DNA from: an uncultured beta proteobacterium | GTDB taxonomy: Bacteria; Pseudomonadota; Gammaproteobacteria; Burkholderiales; Rhodocyclaceae | Assembly: GCA_963741765.1 (NCBI GenBank) | Contig: CAVUJN010000031.1 | Coordinates: forward strand, 6,606 to 70,605 | Length of the DNA: 64,000 nucleotides | Direction: 5' to 3' | In this document: positions 9,851-20,215 of the stretch, piece after piece | Numbering within the stretch: position 1 is the first letter of the stretch | Layout: each line of letters begins with the position of its first letter | Notes under the pieces: model-generated | Databases searched by the model: none | What the model saw: the letters and a program-made list of their open reading frames with translations, nothing else | Told to the model about the DNA's origin: nothing | Position numbers and translations under genes: made by a program

Positions 9851-10867
9851 GTGCATCTGACCCTGCTTGTCCCCGAACTGATCTGGCCGGAACCGGCCGA
9901 TCAGTTCGCCCTCGGAAAACTCGCCGCGCCAGGTTGTGAATGGCTGCTCGCCCATGCCAAATCGGAACGCCACCCCCGTCGCCCGTTCGAGACCGTTCTG
10001 GCCGACTGTTTCGGGCTCACCGATCCACCCTGCGGTGCGCTGCGCCTGCTCGGCGAAGGCAGTGAAGAATCCCGCAACGGCCACTGGCTGTGTGCCGACC
10101 CGGTGCACCTGCGTTTCCATCAGGAACGCATCGTTCTGGCCGATGCCAACGCCTTCGACCTTGCCGAGCACGAGGCGCACGAAATCGCGCAGGCGCTCGA
10201 CGCCGAGTTCGCCGACATCGGCCGCTTCCATGCCGCCAGCGCCACGCGCTGGTATCTGCGCTTGAATGCGGCGGTCGACCACCCGGCAGCGCCACTTTCC
10301 GCCGTCGCCGGGCGCCGCGTCGATGGCGAGCTGAACGGCAGCGCGCTGCCGCTGACCCGCTGGCTAAACGAAGTGCAGATGTTCCTGCACGGGCATCCCG
10401 TCAATACGCGGCGCGAAGACGCCGGCCAGCCGGCGATCAACAGCCTGTGGCTGTGGGGAGGCGGCACGCTGCCCGCCGGTATCGAAAAACAGTTTTCGGA
10501 CGTCTTCAGCGATGATCCGCTGGCCATCGGCCTCGCCCGCGCCGCCGATATTGCGGCGCATGACCGGCCAGCCAGTTTGTCGGCGATGTTCGGGCAAGCC
10601 GGCGCCAATCCGCTGGTCGTCCTCGACCAGCTGTTGCCCAAGGCTTCCCAGGAAGACGGTGAAGGCTGGCGCAACACCTTGGAGCAACTTGATGCCGACT
10701 GGTTCTTGCCGCTAAAAAAAGGGCTGGGAACCCGCGTCGACCGCATCAGTCTGATCGCCCCCACGGTCTATGGCGAGCTGCACTACACGCTGACCGCCGG
10801 CGAGCGCTGGAAATTCTGGAAAAAAGGCAAAGCGCTCGCCACCGTCGCGCAGGAACTCGCCGCATGA
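9851..10867 (+). CDS. Conserved protein upstream of recJ (phosphoglycerate-mutase-like / RpfE-type family)
   Basis: GTG start; WLCADPVHL, LNEVQMFLHGHPVN..RE..GQPAINSLWLWGGG motifs; typical position 5' of recJ in Betaproteobacteria. Confidence 0.75.
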   Translation: MHLTLLVPELIWPEPADQFALGKLAAPGCEWLLAHAKSERHPRRPFETVLADCFGLTDPPCGALRLLGEGSEESRNGHWLCADPVHLRFHQERIVLADANAFDLAEHEAHEIAQALDAEFADIGRFHAASATRWYLRLNAAVDHPAAPLSAVAGRRVDGELNGSALPLTRWLNEVQMFLHGHPVNTRREDAGQPAINSLWLWGGGTLPAGIEKQFSDVFSDDPLAIGLARAADIAAHDRPASLSAMFGQAGANPLVVLDQLLPKASQEDGEGWRNTLEQLDADWFLPLKKGLGTRVDRISLIAPTVYGELHYTLTAGERWKFWKKGKALATVAQELAA

Positions 10868-12552
10868 CCCGCATCGTCGCCCGCAACATCCCGCCACGCA
10901 CCGTCTGGCAACTCGAACAGCAAGGCCTGCATCCGCTGCTCGCCCGGCTCTATGCGTCGCGCGGCGTCACCGACAAATCCGAACTCGACTACGAGCTGAA
11001 ATCGCTGCTGCCGCCGGCGACCCTGACCCACGCCAGCGATGCCGCGACGCTGCTGGCCGACGCCATCGAGGCCGAAGCCAGGCTGCTGATCATCGGCGAT
11101 TATGACTGCGACGGCGCCACGGCCACCGCGGTCGGCATGCGCGCCCTGAAAATGCTCGGTGCCGACGTCAACTTCCTGCTGCCCGACCGCTTCAAGCTCG
11201 GCTATGGGTTATCGCCGGAAATCGTCAACGTGGCCGCACAATCGTCGCCCGACCTGATCATCACCGTCGACAACGGCATCGCCAGCATCGAGGGCGTCAA
11301 CCGCGCCCGCGAACACGGCATCGCGACGTTGATTACCGACCACCACCTGCCGGCAGAAACCTTACCCGAAGCCGATTGCATCGTGAACCCGAACCAGCCG
11401 GGCTGCGACTTTCCGTCCAAGTGCATCGCCGGCGTCGGCGTCATGTTCTACGTGATGCTCGCCTTGCGTGCCGAACTGCGCGAACGCGGTTATTTTGCCG
11501 AACGCCCGGAACCCAATTTCGCCAGCCTGCTCGATCTGGTGGCGCTGGGCACCGTCGCCGATGTGGTCAAACTCGACCGCAACAACCGCATCCTGGTCAG
11601 CCAAGGGCTGAAACGCATGCGCGCCGGGCAGTTGCAACCCGGCCTCGTCGCCCTGTTCAAGGCGGCGGGGCGCGACCCGAAGAAGGCAACGGCGATGGAC
11701 CTCGGCTTCATCCTCGGCCCGCGCCTCAACGCCGCCGGCCGCCTTGCCGACATGCGCCTCGGTGTCGAATGCCTGCTCACCGAAGACCCGAGCCGGGCGC
11801 TGCAGATCGCGCAGCAACTCGACGCGCTAAACCGCGAACGGCGCGAAATCGAATCCGGCATGCAGGAGCAGGCACTGATCCTGCTCGAATCGCTCGATGC
11901 CAATGACGCCGCCCCCGGCATCGCCCTCTTCGACCCCGAGTGGCACGAAGGCGTCGTCGGCATCCTCGCCTCGCGCATCAAGGACAAGCTGCATCGCCCG
12001 GTTTTCGCCTTCGCACCCGGCGAGGGCGGCATCATCAAGGGTTCCGGCCGCTCGATTCCCGGCCTGCACCTGCGCGATGCGCTCGACCTCGTCGCCAAAC
12101 GCGCCCCCGGCCTGCTCGTCCGTTTCGGCGGCCATGCCATGGCCGCGGGCGCTACGGTCAACGCCGAAAACTTCGAGAAATTCCGCGATCTCTTCGTCGA
12201 GGTCGTCGGCGAACTGCTGGCTCCCGCCGACCTGACCCGGACGCTGGAAACCGACGGCGCCCTCGAAGGCGGCTACATTTCGCTCGAAACCGCGCGCCTG
12301 CTGCAAAACGAAGTCTGGGGCCAGGGTTTTCCGGCGCCGCTGTTCATGGACGAATTCGAGGTCGAGCAACAGCGTGTGCTCAAGGAAAAGCACCTCAAGC
12401 TGCGGTTACGCAAAGGCGGCGCGCGTTACGACGCCATCCAGTTCAACTTCGGCACCCAGCCCGGCAACAAGACCCGCGTCGCCTACCGGCTGGAAATCAA
12501 CGAATACATGGGCGTCGAGACGCCGCAGCTGTTGGTCGAGCACCTGGAATAG
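10864..12552 (+). CDS. recJ: Single-stranded-DNA-specific exonuclease RecJ
   Basis: GDYDCDGATAT, ITVDNGI, ITDHH (DHH), LVALGTVADVV, GPRLNAAGRL, GGHAMAAG. Confidence 0.97.
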   Translation: MTRIVARNIPPRTVWQLEQQGLHPLLARLYASRGVTDKSELDYELKSLLPPATLTHASDAATLLADAIEAEARLLIIGDYDCDGATATAVGMRALKMLGADVNFLLPDRFKLGYGLSPEIVNVAAQSSPDLIITVDNGIASIEGVNRAREHGIATLITDHHLPAETLPEADCIVNPNQPGCDFPSKCIAGVGVMFYVMLALRAELRERGYFAERPEPNFASLLDLVALGTVADVVKLDRNNRILVSQGLKRMRAGQLQPGLVALFKAAGRDPKKATAMDLGFILGPRLNAAGRLADMRLGVECLLTEDPSRALQIAQQLDALNRERREIESGMQEQALILLESLDANDAAPGIALFDPEWHEGVVGILASRIKDKLHRPVFAFAPGEGGIIKGSGRSIPGLHLRDALDLVAKRAPGLLVRFGGHAMAAGATVNAENFEKFRDLFVEVVGELLAPADLTRTLETDGALEGGYISLETARLLQNEVWGQGFPAPLFMDEFEVEQQRVLKEKHLKLRLRKGGARYDAIQFNFGTQPGNKTRVAYRLEINEYMGVETPQLLVEHLE

Positions 12553-12576
12553 GCTGTCACCGCCACGGCGCTTAAC

Positions 12577-13001
12577 TTACGGGCGAATGCTGCCCCATCC
12601 CTGCTTCTGCTTTCGACGATCTCGACCGCACCCGCAGGCACGTACCCAATCTTCGGATGCATGTCATCCTTGGTCAGTTTCTGGCCCTTCATCGTGTTTT
12701 CGCACATCAGCACCTTCACCCCACTGTCCAGTGCTTCGTCGATGCGGTTGCCCAGCGGCGATTCCATCTTGAGCATGCCTGCACCATTGCCAAAAACGAC
12801 CACCTCGATATCGACCTTGTCCTTGCCGTAGGCATTCTGGTAGTTCTTGACGACATTCAATGCCTGATTCCAGGTCTTTGGACTGTCGTCGCTAACCTGG
12901 ACAACCACACCTGTCTTGGCCGTATCGGCCAGCACTGCGGGAGAGAAGAATACGAGGCTGGCAATGCCGAGGATTAGGGAAGCGAAAGCTTTGCGATTCA
13001 T
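12577..13001 (-). CDS. DsrE/DsrF-like exported protein (apparent -1 frameshift near 12612)
   Basis: Signal peptide; VVVQVSDD..KTWNQALNVVKN, IEVVVFGNG, VLMCENTM, IGYVPAGAVEI. Adding one A restores the family-like end EKQKQGWGSIRP* (stop at 12577). Confidence 0.8.
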
Positions 13002-13104
13002 GATGTCTCCTGTTCTTATTTGCGGGAAAGCCGTTGGATGGCGCTGCAATGATAGCAGCGACACTATAGGACATGTGGGCGCTGGCGATGTTCAATCACC
13101 GGCG

Positions 13105-13140
13105 AAAAAATGCCCGGGCCGGAAAAGTCCGGGCCGGGCA
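13105..13140 (-). terminator. Rho-independent terminator after FKBP gene
   Basis: 13-bp stem with one mismatch (TGCCCGGGCCGGA / TCCGGGCCGGGCA) followed by a T6 run on the minus strand. Confidence 0.75.
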
Positions 13141-13155
13141 CCAAATGCTGTTGTT

Positions 13156-13563
13156 CTACTTGGCAATCTCAAGCAGCTCGACTTCGAAAACCAGCGTCGA
13201 GCCGGGCGGAATTCCCGGCACGTTCTGGTTGCCGTAAGCGAGTTCGGGCGGGCAAACCAGCTTGGCCTTGCCGCCCACCTTTATTTTCTGCACCCCTTCC
13301 GTCCAGCACGGAATCACCCGAGTCAGCGGGAAGGTGGCAGGCTGCCCGCGCTTGTGGGAGCTGTCGAATTCCTGGCCATTGACCAGCGTGCCGCGATAAT
13401 GAACCTTGACGGTATCGCTGGCTTTCGGGTTGGCGCCCGTCCCTTCCTTGAGGATGGTCACGCCGATTCCGGAGGCGGTCTTCTCCTCCTTGGGTTCAGC
13501 GGCCTGCGCCTGAAGTGCGACTGCGAAAACAAGTACGGCGGTGGTCGTGACAAGCTTGTTCAT
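13156..13563 (-). CDS. FKBP-type peptidyl-prolyl cis-trans isomerase (exported)
   Basis: VKVHYRGTLVNGQEFDSS, FPLTRVIPCWTEG, PPELAYG, IPPGSTLVFEVELL. Confidence 0.95.
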   Translation of the reverse strand: MNKLVTTTAVLVFAVALQAQAAEPKEEKTASGIGVTILKEGTGANPKASDTVKVHYRGTLVNGQEFDSSHKRGQPATFPLTRVIPCWTEGVQKIKVGGKAKLVCPPELAYGNQNVPGIPPGSTLVFEVELLEIAK

Positions 13564-13676
13564 GGATATGCCTTTGCAAGGTTTGAAAATCGGACGGGGA
13601 ATGCACCGGCACGATTGTGCCTCGGATTTATCCAGAATTCACTAAGAGAAAAGGCCGTCCCCCGCATTCCTCCCGG

Positions 13677-14127
13677 CTACTGCAGCCAGAGCAGGGATTT
13701 CGCCACCCAGCCCGAGTCGCCCTCTTCATCCTTGACCTTGATCCAGTCACCCTTGCTGCCTATTCTCCGGAACGAATAGTAATGTTCCACCGGGCTCCAG
13801 CTGACCTTGCGGTAGTTCGTGCCCGGTCCGGTTCTTACATTGGCTGTCAACTTCTTGACCACGGCGCAGTGAACACTGGCACTGACCAGTTTCTTATAAA
13901 TCCAGTGACGATCCCCGTCCACATCCCTCACCTGATACCAGTCCCCTTTTTGCCCGATTTTCTGCAGGGGCATGTACTTGTAGACCTCCCAGGACTTGTC
14001 GTAATTGGTACCCGGCCCGGAACGCAGATTGGCTTCGGGAACGGTAGACGCACAACGCGGCTGCATTGCCGGACACCAGCACCAATGAAAACATCAACAA
14101 AAATACGGAATGTAAAGACTTGGTCAT
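13677..14127 (-). CDS. Tandem bacterial SH3-domain exported protein (apparent +1 frameshift near 14046)
   Basis: Two repeats ANLRSGPGTNY...GDWYQV.D and ANVRTGPGTNY...GDWIKV.D. The signal peptide MTKSLHSVFLLMFSLVLVSGNAAALCV is in an adjacent frame; removing one base joins them. Confidence 0.82.
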
Positions 14128-14605
14128 GCATTGACTCCTGATTTGCAACGGGGGGATTCCCTGACCCACGACAATGCCGAATTCGCAATAGAAAAAGCGG
14201 CGACCGTGCAAGGGCTCGCGCCAGCGCGCGGGTCATGAACTGACGGGGACAGCCACACGCTGACTCCCGTTCTGAAAACGAAGGGGGATTACCTAGCGGT
14301 ATGAGCGCAACAATGACCGCGTAGCGGCCGAGCGCCAGAAAATAACCGGCAGCAGGAACCGCCGGCATTTGGGTCGTGAACAGGACGACTGTAGCGCATG
14401 CTTATCAACTTGCACTTCGCCGACGAATGTACACATGAGGAAGTCCTTTCTGTGGATTCGGGGTCGATTAGCGGGCGATTATGGCACGTCGCTCCGATCA
14501 TCGCAAAAATGGCGCCGGGGCTTGCCCGAACTTCCGCAGTTGCGCAGACTCCAATCCCTACATGCCACCGGCAACATCGCCACAAGCACAGCGGAGGAAC
14601 GAACC

Positions 14606-14845
14606 ATGGAAAGACCCGTACACAGCCTGTCTGCACTTTTTGCCCAACTCGGCCAGCCGGATGATGAAAAATCCATCATTCACTTCATCGAGAGCCACCG
14701 TCCGCTGGCCGACGACGTGCTGCTGCATGAAGCCGCATTCTGGACCCCTTCGCAAGCAGCGTTCCTGCGCGAAGCCATCGCCAACGACGCCGATTGGGCC
14801 GAAGTCACCGACGAGTTGAACGTCGAACTGCGCGCCCGACACTAG
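14606..14845 (+). CDS. DUF2789 family small protein
   Basis: [46 protein letters not shown]; GGAGG RBS. Confidence 0.88.
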   Translation: MERPVHSLSALFAQLGQPDDEKSIIHFIESHRPLADDVLLHEAAFWTPSQAAFLREAIANDADWAEVTDELNVELRARH

Positions 14846-14855
14846 GCTGGCCGCC

Positions 14856-16259
14856 ATGACCCGGCTGGAAAAGGACTCGTTCGGCACGATCGAAGTTGCC
14901 GCAGAACGCCTGTGGGGCGCGCAGACACAGCGCTCGCTGGCACATTTCGCCATTTCCAGCGAACGCATGCCCGGCGAACTGACCCTCGCCCTGGCGCTGA
15001 TCAAGGCCGCCTGCGCCAAGGTTAACCTGGAGCTTGGCCTGCTGCCGGTCGCCAAGGCCGGCGCCATCATCGCTGCTGCCGATGAAGTGGCAGCCGGCCG
15101 GCACGCCGGGGAATTTCCGCTCTCGGTGTGGCAGACCGGTTCCGGCACGCAGACCAACATGAACATGAACGAGGTGCTGGCCAATCGCGCCTCCGAATTG
15201 CTCGGTGGCGTGCGTGGCAACGCGCGGCTGGTGCACGCCAACGACGAGGTCAACCTCGGGCAATCGTCAAATGACATTTTCCCGACCGCCATGCATCTGG
15301 CCGCCGCTCTTGGCATTTCACACCACCTGCTGCCGGCGCTGCGCCGTCTGGTCGTCAGTTCCGAGGAAAAATCCGCTGCCTTCGCCGACATCATCAAGAT
15401 CGGCCGCACCCATTTGCAGGACGCGACACCGCTGACACTTGGCCAGGAGTTTTCCGGCTACGTCGCCCAATTGCAGCACGCCGAAGCCGTGATCGGCACC
15501 AGTCTGCCCTCGCTCTACCCGCTGGCGGTCGGCGGCACGGCAGTCGGCACCGGACTCAACACCCATCCCGAATTCGGCTTTCGGGTCGCGGCGAAACTGG
15601 CGGAACAAACCGGCATTCCCTTCACCAGCGCCAGCAACAAGTTCGCCGCGCTGGCTGCCAACGACGGTCTGGTCGCCGCGCATGGCGCACTGAAGACGCT
15701 GGCCGTGGCGCTGATGAAGATCGCCAACGACATCCGCTGGCTGGCCTCCGGCCCGCGTTCCGGGCTTGGCGAAATCAGCATCCCCGAGAACGAGCCGGGC
15801 AGCTCGATCATGCCGGGCAAGGTCAACCCGACCCAGTGCGAGGCACTGACCATGCTCTGCTGCCAGGTCATGGGCAATGACGTCGCGATTGGCATCGGCG
15901 GCGCTTCGGGTAATTTCGAGTTGAACGTCTTCAAGCCGCTGATCGCCCACAACATGCTGCAAAGCATTCGTTTGCTGGGCGATGGCATGGCCAGTTTCGA
16001 CCGTCACTGCGTACGGGGCATCACCGCCAACCGCGAACGCATCGGCGAACTGATGGAGCGCTCGCTGATGCTGGTCACTGCGCTGGTCCCGCATATCGGC
16101 TACGACAAGGCCGCCGAGATCGCCAAACAGGCCCATCATGAAGGAACGACCTTGAAAGATGCGGCGCTGGCGCTGGGCCACGTCACCGCCGAGGAGTATG
16201 ACCGCTGGGTTACGCCGGCGGCGATGGCTCACCCGGCTGATTCACAGCCCTCTACTTGA
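14856..16259 (+). CDS. fumC: Class II fumarate hydratase
   Basis: [49 protein letters not shown]. Confidence 0.97.
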   Translation: MTRLEKDSFGTIEVAAERLWGAQTQRSLAHFAISSERMPGELTLALALIKAACAKVNLELGLLPVAKAGAIIAAADEVAAGRHAGEFPLSVWQTGSGTQTNMNMNEVLANRASELLGGVRGNARLVHANDEVNLGQSSNDIFPTAMHLAAALGISHHLLPALRRLVVSSEEKSAAFADIIKIGRTHLQDATPLTLGQEFSGYVAQLQHAEAVIGTSLPSLYPLAVGGTAVGTGLNTHPEFGFRVAAKLAEQTGIPFTSASNKFAALAANDGLVAAHGALKTLAVALMKIANDIRWLASGPRSGLGEISIPENEPGSSIMPGKVNPTQCEALTMLCCQVMGNDVAIGIGGASGNFELNVFKPLIAHNMLQSIRLLGDGMASFDRHCVRGITANRERIGELMERSLMLVTALVPHIGYDKAAEIAKQAHHEGTTLKDAALALGHVTAEEYDRWVTPAAMAHPADSQPST

Positions 16260-16268
16260 CGGCAGTCG

Positions 16269-16697
16269 TCATGCCGCGCGCTGGCTTGAGTGCGCGAAAT
16301 CGTTTGTCGTGGCGGGCAAGGGTGCATGCATTAGTCCCGGCCCGAAGGTACTGAAATCGGATTTAGGGAGGCTGGCAAGTTCCTGGTCATTTATGTCGAG
16401 GTTTTCCTGCAGCATTCCCCACTGGTCGCGGAAGGTCTTGCTCGGTCCGACTCTCGCCAGCAGGTAGTTGGAGCCGGTCTTGGTTTCGATGATGTGAAAT
16501 CCATTGATGGCCTGGACGCCGACGATCAGGCTCGTGCGGATGTTGCTGCCGTTCCGGGCGGACTTGTGGCCATAGACGGTTCCCGCCGCGACGGCACCGA
16601 TCGTGGCGTTGAAAAGGACGCCGTGAATCTTCATTGTCGGGGACGCATCGGAAATCCGCTTCGCTTGGGCGAGGAAGTATTCGATTGGCTGTTTCAT
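16269..16697 (-). CDS. Hypothetical protein
   Basis: 142-aa ORF in an otherwise empty interval; contains G.VYGH....GS.IRTS..V.....IETKTGSNY.L segment. Confidence 0.55.
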   Translation of the reverse strand: MKQPIEYFLAQAKRISDASPTMKIHGVLFNATIGAVAAGTVYGHKSARNGSNIRTSLIVGVQAINGFHIIETKTGSNYLLARVGPSKTFRDQWGMLQENLDINDQELASLPKSDFSTFGPGLMHAPLPATTNDFAHSSQRAA

Positions 16698-16992
16698 GAT
16701 GTGACCCGCTTTAGTCATTTGCGATGAGTGAATTGTGATCGAATGCGACTGCGCCGCACGTGAGCAATTTCACGAGTTGCAGTGAATAGTTTCGGCGCGG
16801 ACCGCAACATCAATTCCCTGGCTGCCGCATATGGCCCCAAACTCAATTTTCTTCGCGGAGCAGCAGGGCAAGCAGGCTGATCCGAACCTGCGCCCTGGGG
16901 TTCAATGTTGAACTCGCGATTCAGGCTGACGTCTACTTCATATCCTCGCCTGCAAGCCATATCCCCTCAACTCAACACGCAGGAGGTGCAAG

Positions 16993-17352
16993 ATGAACAA
17001 GGCGGAATTGAAGAGTTTCGGGAAGCCTGAAGAAGTCCGGGAATTCCCCAAGGGCCGGGTCGATCTGCTCAAGATCGGCGGTGCGACGGTTGGTCGCGCA
17101 ACTTTCGAGCCGGGCTGGCGATGGTCAACCTCCGTCCAGCCCATCGCCAGGACGAAAAGCTGCGAAGCCCCGCATTTTCAGTATCACGTGTCAGGCGTCC
17201 TGATGGTCCTTATGGATGACGGGACCGAACTCGAGTGCAAGCCCGGCGACGTCTCGCTTCTGCCATCAGGCCACGATGCCTGGGTCGTGGGAAACGAGCC
17301 GGCGGTCGTCGTCGATTTCCAGGGCATGGTCGACTACGCGAAATCTCATTGA
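16993..17352 (+). CDS. Cupin-domain protein
   Basis: AGGAGG RBS; FEPGWRWS, CEAPHFQYHVSG, LPSGHDAWVVGNEP. Confidence 0.9.
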   Translation: MNKAELKSFGKPEEVREFPKGRVDLLKIGGATVGRATFEPGWRWSTSVQPIARTKSCEAPHFQYHVSGVLMVLMDDGTELECKPGDVSLLPSGHDAWVVGNEPAVVVDFQGMVDYAKSH

Positions 17353-17386
17353 AGAAATCGGAAATCGAGCGCTGAGGAGTACAAGC

Positions 17387-17752
17387 ATGAATGACATCCA
17401 TCGATTGGAAATTTGCCTCCAACCCCCGCAAGCCGCCCCCGAGGGCTTCATGTCGGAGCTGGACCACTGGTCGCCGAAAGTCGCGCATCGCATTGCTGCG
17501 GCGGAAGGCGTCGTTCTCGAAGAAGATCATTTCGCCTTCTTGCACCACCTGCGCGACCATTACCGGAACTGCGGCCCGACCTGGACCGCCAGCGCGCTGG
17601 CCCGCGCATTCAAGGACGAATACGCCAGCCTCGGTGGCTCTCGCTATCTCTACGCGTTGTTCCCGAAAGGGCCGATCGCCCAGGGCTGCCGGATCGCCGG
17701 CCTGCCCTTGCCACACGACGCGCTCGACACTTCGTTCGGCAGCGTCCATTGA
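17387..17752 (+). CDS. TusE/DsrC/DsvC-family protein lacking the C-terminal cysteine (RspA-like)
   Basis: W..VAHRIAAAEGVVL..DHF, GGSRYLYALFPKGPIAQGCRIAGLP; ends FGSVH instead of PxxCV. Confidence 0.88.
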   Translation: MNDIHRLEICLQPPQAAPEGFMSELDHWSPKVAHRIAAAEGVVLEEDHFAFLHHLRDHYRNCGPTWTASALARAFKDEYASLGGSRYLYALFPKGPIAQGCRIAGLPLPHDALDTSFGSVH

Positions 17753-17840
17753 CGGCCGCTTGAGGCGGCGTGTACGGTATTCGGTCATTCGGTTGGCGAC
17801 CACCAATACAAAGCACCCATGACACACTGGAGAAACGAGT

Positions 17841-18227
17841 ATGCGAGTAGCCAAAGAGGACGTGGACGTAAAGATGGAAATCCCGGGTGCCGTGATCCGT
17901 CAGCGAACAGACTTCGGTGATGCCACGGGATTAGGCAAGATCAGTGCGGAGTGTTTCAGTCTCTCGGCGGGTGTCGATACCACTCCGCTCTTCCGAGGAC
18001 TGGACGGCAATTTGTGCCAGTGCCCCCACTGGGGTTTCGTCCTGCGCGGCCGGCTCACCACTACCGACGCGGACGGTGTGATGGAAACGGTCAACGCGAA
18101 TGATCTGTTTTACTGGCCACCAGGGCACAACGTAAAGGTTGACGCAGACGCTGAAATCGTCATGTTCAGCCCTCAGCATGAGCACAGTATCGTCATCAAG
18201 CACATGATTGAAAAGGTAAATAACTGA
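17841..18227 (+). CDS. Cupin-domain protein (second paralogue)
   Basis: GGAG RBS; CQCPHWGFVLRG, FYWPPGHNV, EIVMFSP. Confidence 0.85.
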   Translation: MRVAKEDVDVKMEIPGAVIRQRTDFGDATGLGKISAECFSLSAGVDTTPLFRGLDGNLCQCPHWGFVLRGRLTTTDADGVMETVNANDLFYWPPGHNVKVDADAEIVMFSPQHEHSIVIKHMIEKVNN

Positions 18228-18251
18228 TTCCGCTGTCGGCAGCCGGGCGCT

Positions 18252-18284
18252 GCGCGCCAGAGTCGCTGGCGCGCTCCCCTTTTT
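18252..18284 (+). terminator. Probable terminator hairpin after second cupin
   Basis: Perfect 9-bp stem GCGCGCCAG/CTGGCGCGC with a 5-nt loop, followed by TCCCCTTTTT. Confidence 0.5.
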
Positions 18285-18309
18285 GGCCGCGATGCGCTAT
18301 AAAGTGCGG

Positions 18310-18897
18310 ATGAGGATTACGCAAATCACCCTCCTCGTCCTGCTCGGTTGCGCGCTGCCGGCCCAGGCCGAGGTCTACAAATGCCGCCAACCGGACGGGC
18401 GGACGGAAATCTCGAATTCGCCTTGCAGCGGTGGCGCCAGCACGCTCAAGTCGGTGCCTGACGACGTGGTTCCCGAGGCCAGTCGCCGGCAGGCAGAACG
18501 TGACGCCGACCGCCTGGAAAACTACGCGGACAAACTCGACGCGCAGCGCAGGTCCAACGAGGCTGCCGAGCGCAAACTGCTGAAGGAACAGCAGGCGGCG
18601 GCCCGCCTGGGACCGGCGCCAGCCAATATCGAACACTGCCTGCAGACCGTGGATCGGATGGTGCTCGATTCGACGCGTCGCGGCGAACTCGAAGATGGCT
18701 GCCGGACTACAGGTTCGGTGCAGCCTGTTTATGAACGTGAACAGATCTACTACGGCGGAACGGGTTACATCCGTCCCCCGCTTCCGCCACGCCCAACGTA
18801 TCCGCCGCGCCCGATCCCGAAACCACTTCCCGAAACGATCACCCCGGCAAAACCTGTCGATCTCTACAAGGTTCCGAGCACCCCGCGCACGCGCTGA
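18310..18897 (+). CDS. DUF4124-domain exported protein with Pro-rich tail
   Basis: Signal peptide then AEVYKCRQPDG..EISNSPC (DUF4124 pattern); coiled-coil middle; PRP-rich C-terminus. Confidence 0.8.
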   Translation: MRITQITLLVLLGCALPAQAEVYKCRQPDGRTEISNSPCSGGASTLKSVPDDVVPEASRRQAERDADRLENYADKLDAQRRSNEAAERKLLKEQQAAARLGPAPANIEHCLQTVDRMVLDSTRRGELEDGCRTTGSVQPVYEREQIYYGGTGYIRPPLPPRPTYPPRPIPKPLPETITPAKPVDLYKVPSTPRTR

Positions 18898-18914
18898 TCA
18901 CCGGAGCGGGCGGT

Positions 18915-19229
18915 TCAGGCTTTCTCGTGCTGCGTGCCGTCGCGACTCTGGCTACCCAGCGTCAGTTCGGCATCGCTGTTGAGTGCATCGAAGAAGGCCT
19001 GGACGGCTTTCGGGTCACCGGTCGCCGCGAAGGTTGTCTGCCCGCATGAGCACTGGCCGACCCAGATGGCATCGATATCCCGCAAACCGCGCGTACTGAC
19101 CGGATGGATAACCGTCACATCGGCATTACAGCCATTACAGACCAGTTTTTCCGGTCGTGTCGCCTCGATCCGAGCCTGTGCCTGCGCAATGCGCTGTTCG
19201 ACGTTGCCGCGCTGTTTGGCTTGCCCCAT
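18915..19229 (-). CDS. Small hypothetical protein with putative zinc ribbon
   Basis: N-terminal MGQAKQRG; CNGC and CSCG cysteine pairs; GGGG-AAA RBS region. Confidence 0.7.
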   Translation of the reverse strand: MGQAKQRGNVEQRIAQAQARIEATRPEKLVCNGCNADVTVIHPVSTRGLRDIDAIWVGQCSCGQTTFAATGDPKAVQAFFDALNSDAELTLGSQSRDGTQHEKA

Positions 19230-19320
19230 GAATTTCCCCCTCGTCTGAAAATACGTAGCTTCGATTGTAGCGCGCCGGCCTGACATTCGCCGGAGGCAGC
19301 GCTTGTGGCAAGATGCGGCC

Positions 19321-20208
19321 ATGAAAACGAATCCCCACCTCGCCGGCATCGGCTTCGGCCTGCTGGCCTATGGCATATGGGGCTTCTTCCCGCTGTTCTT
19401 CCACCAGTTGGCGCACGTCTCGCCGATGGACGTACTGTCCAACCGCGCAGTCTGGGCCTGTGTCTTCGTCGGCCTGCTGCTGACCCTGCGCGGCGGCTGG
19501 GCCAGGGTTGCCGGCGTCTTTCGCGCGCCTCGCCAGATCGCCATGCTGGCGCTGGCGGCGCTGCTGGTCGGCAGCAACTGGCTGGTCTTCCTGTGGGCGG
19601 TCGCCAACCAGCAGGTGGTGGCTTCCAGCCTCGGCTATTTCCTGACGCCGCTGGTCAATGTGCTGCTCGCTCTGGCCGTCCTCAAGGAGCGCCTGAACCG
19701 GCTCGAATGGGTTGCCGTCAGCCTCGCGGTCGCCGCCATCGCCAACGAGATCATCACGCTCGGCAGGCTGCCCTGGGTCTCGCTTTTCCTGGCCGCCACC
19801 TTCGGCACCTATGGTCTGGTGCGCAAGCAGGTACGGGTCGATGCGCTGTCCGGCCTGTGGCTGGAAACACTGGCCATGCTGCCGGTCTGTGGTCTCTACG
19901 CACTATGGCAGGCGCAGCAAGGCCACCAGGTTTTTGGCGGTCACGACCTGTTGACCGCAACATTGCTGATCGGCGCCGGCATTATCACCGCCTTGCCGCT
20001 GATCGCCTTTGCCGCCGCCACGCAGCGCCTGGATCTGGCAACCGTCGGCATGCTGATGTACATCAATCCGACACTGCAGTTTCTCACTGCGGTGTGGATT
20101 TTCGGAGAACCGATGCAGCCGGAACGGCTGATCAGCTTTGCCCTGATCTGGCTCGGCCTCTTCGTCTTCAGCTGGAGCATGTGGGGCAAATACCGGAATC
20201 GCGGATAA
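19321..20208 (+). CDS. rarD: EamA family transporter RarD
   Basis: AYGIWGFFPLFF, SLGYFLTPLVNV, TFGTYGLVRK, GMLMYINPTLQF. Confidence 0.93.
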   Translation: MKTNPHLAGIGFGLLAYGIWGFFPLFFHQLAHVSPMDVLSNRAVWACVFVGLLLTLRGGWARVAGVFRAPRQIAMLALAALLVGSNWLVFLWAVANQQVVASSLGYFLTPLVNVLLALAVLKERLNRLEWVAVSLAVAAIANEIITLGRLPWVSLFLAATFGTYGLVRKQVRVDALSGLWLETLAMLPVCGLYALWQAQQGHQVFGGHDLLTATLLIGAGIITALPLIAFAAATQRLDLATVGMLMYINPTLQFLTAVWIFGEPMQPERLISFALIWLGLFVFSWSMWGKYRNRG

Positions 20209-20215
20209 TCCGGCG

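Noticed and set aside
14130-14600. Riboswitch or sRNA in the 470-bp SH3-DUF2789 intergenic region
   Set aside because: I could not recognise any conserved riboswitch motif by eye; an Rfam scan would be needed.
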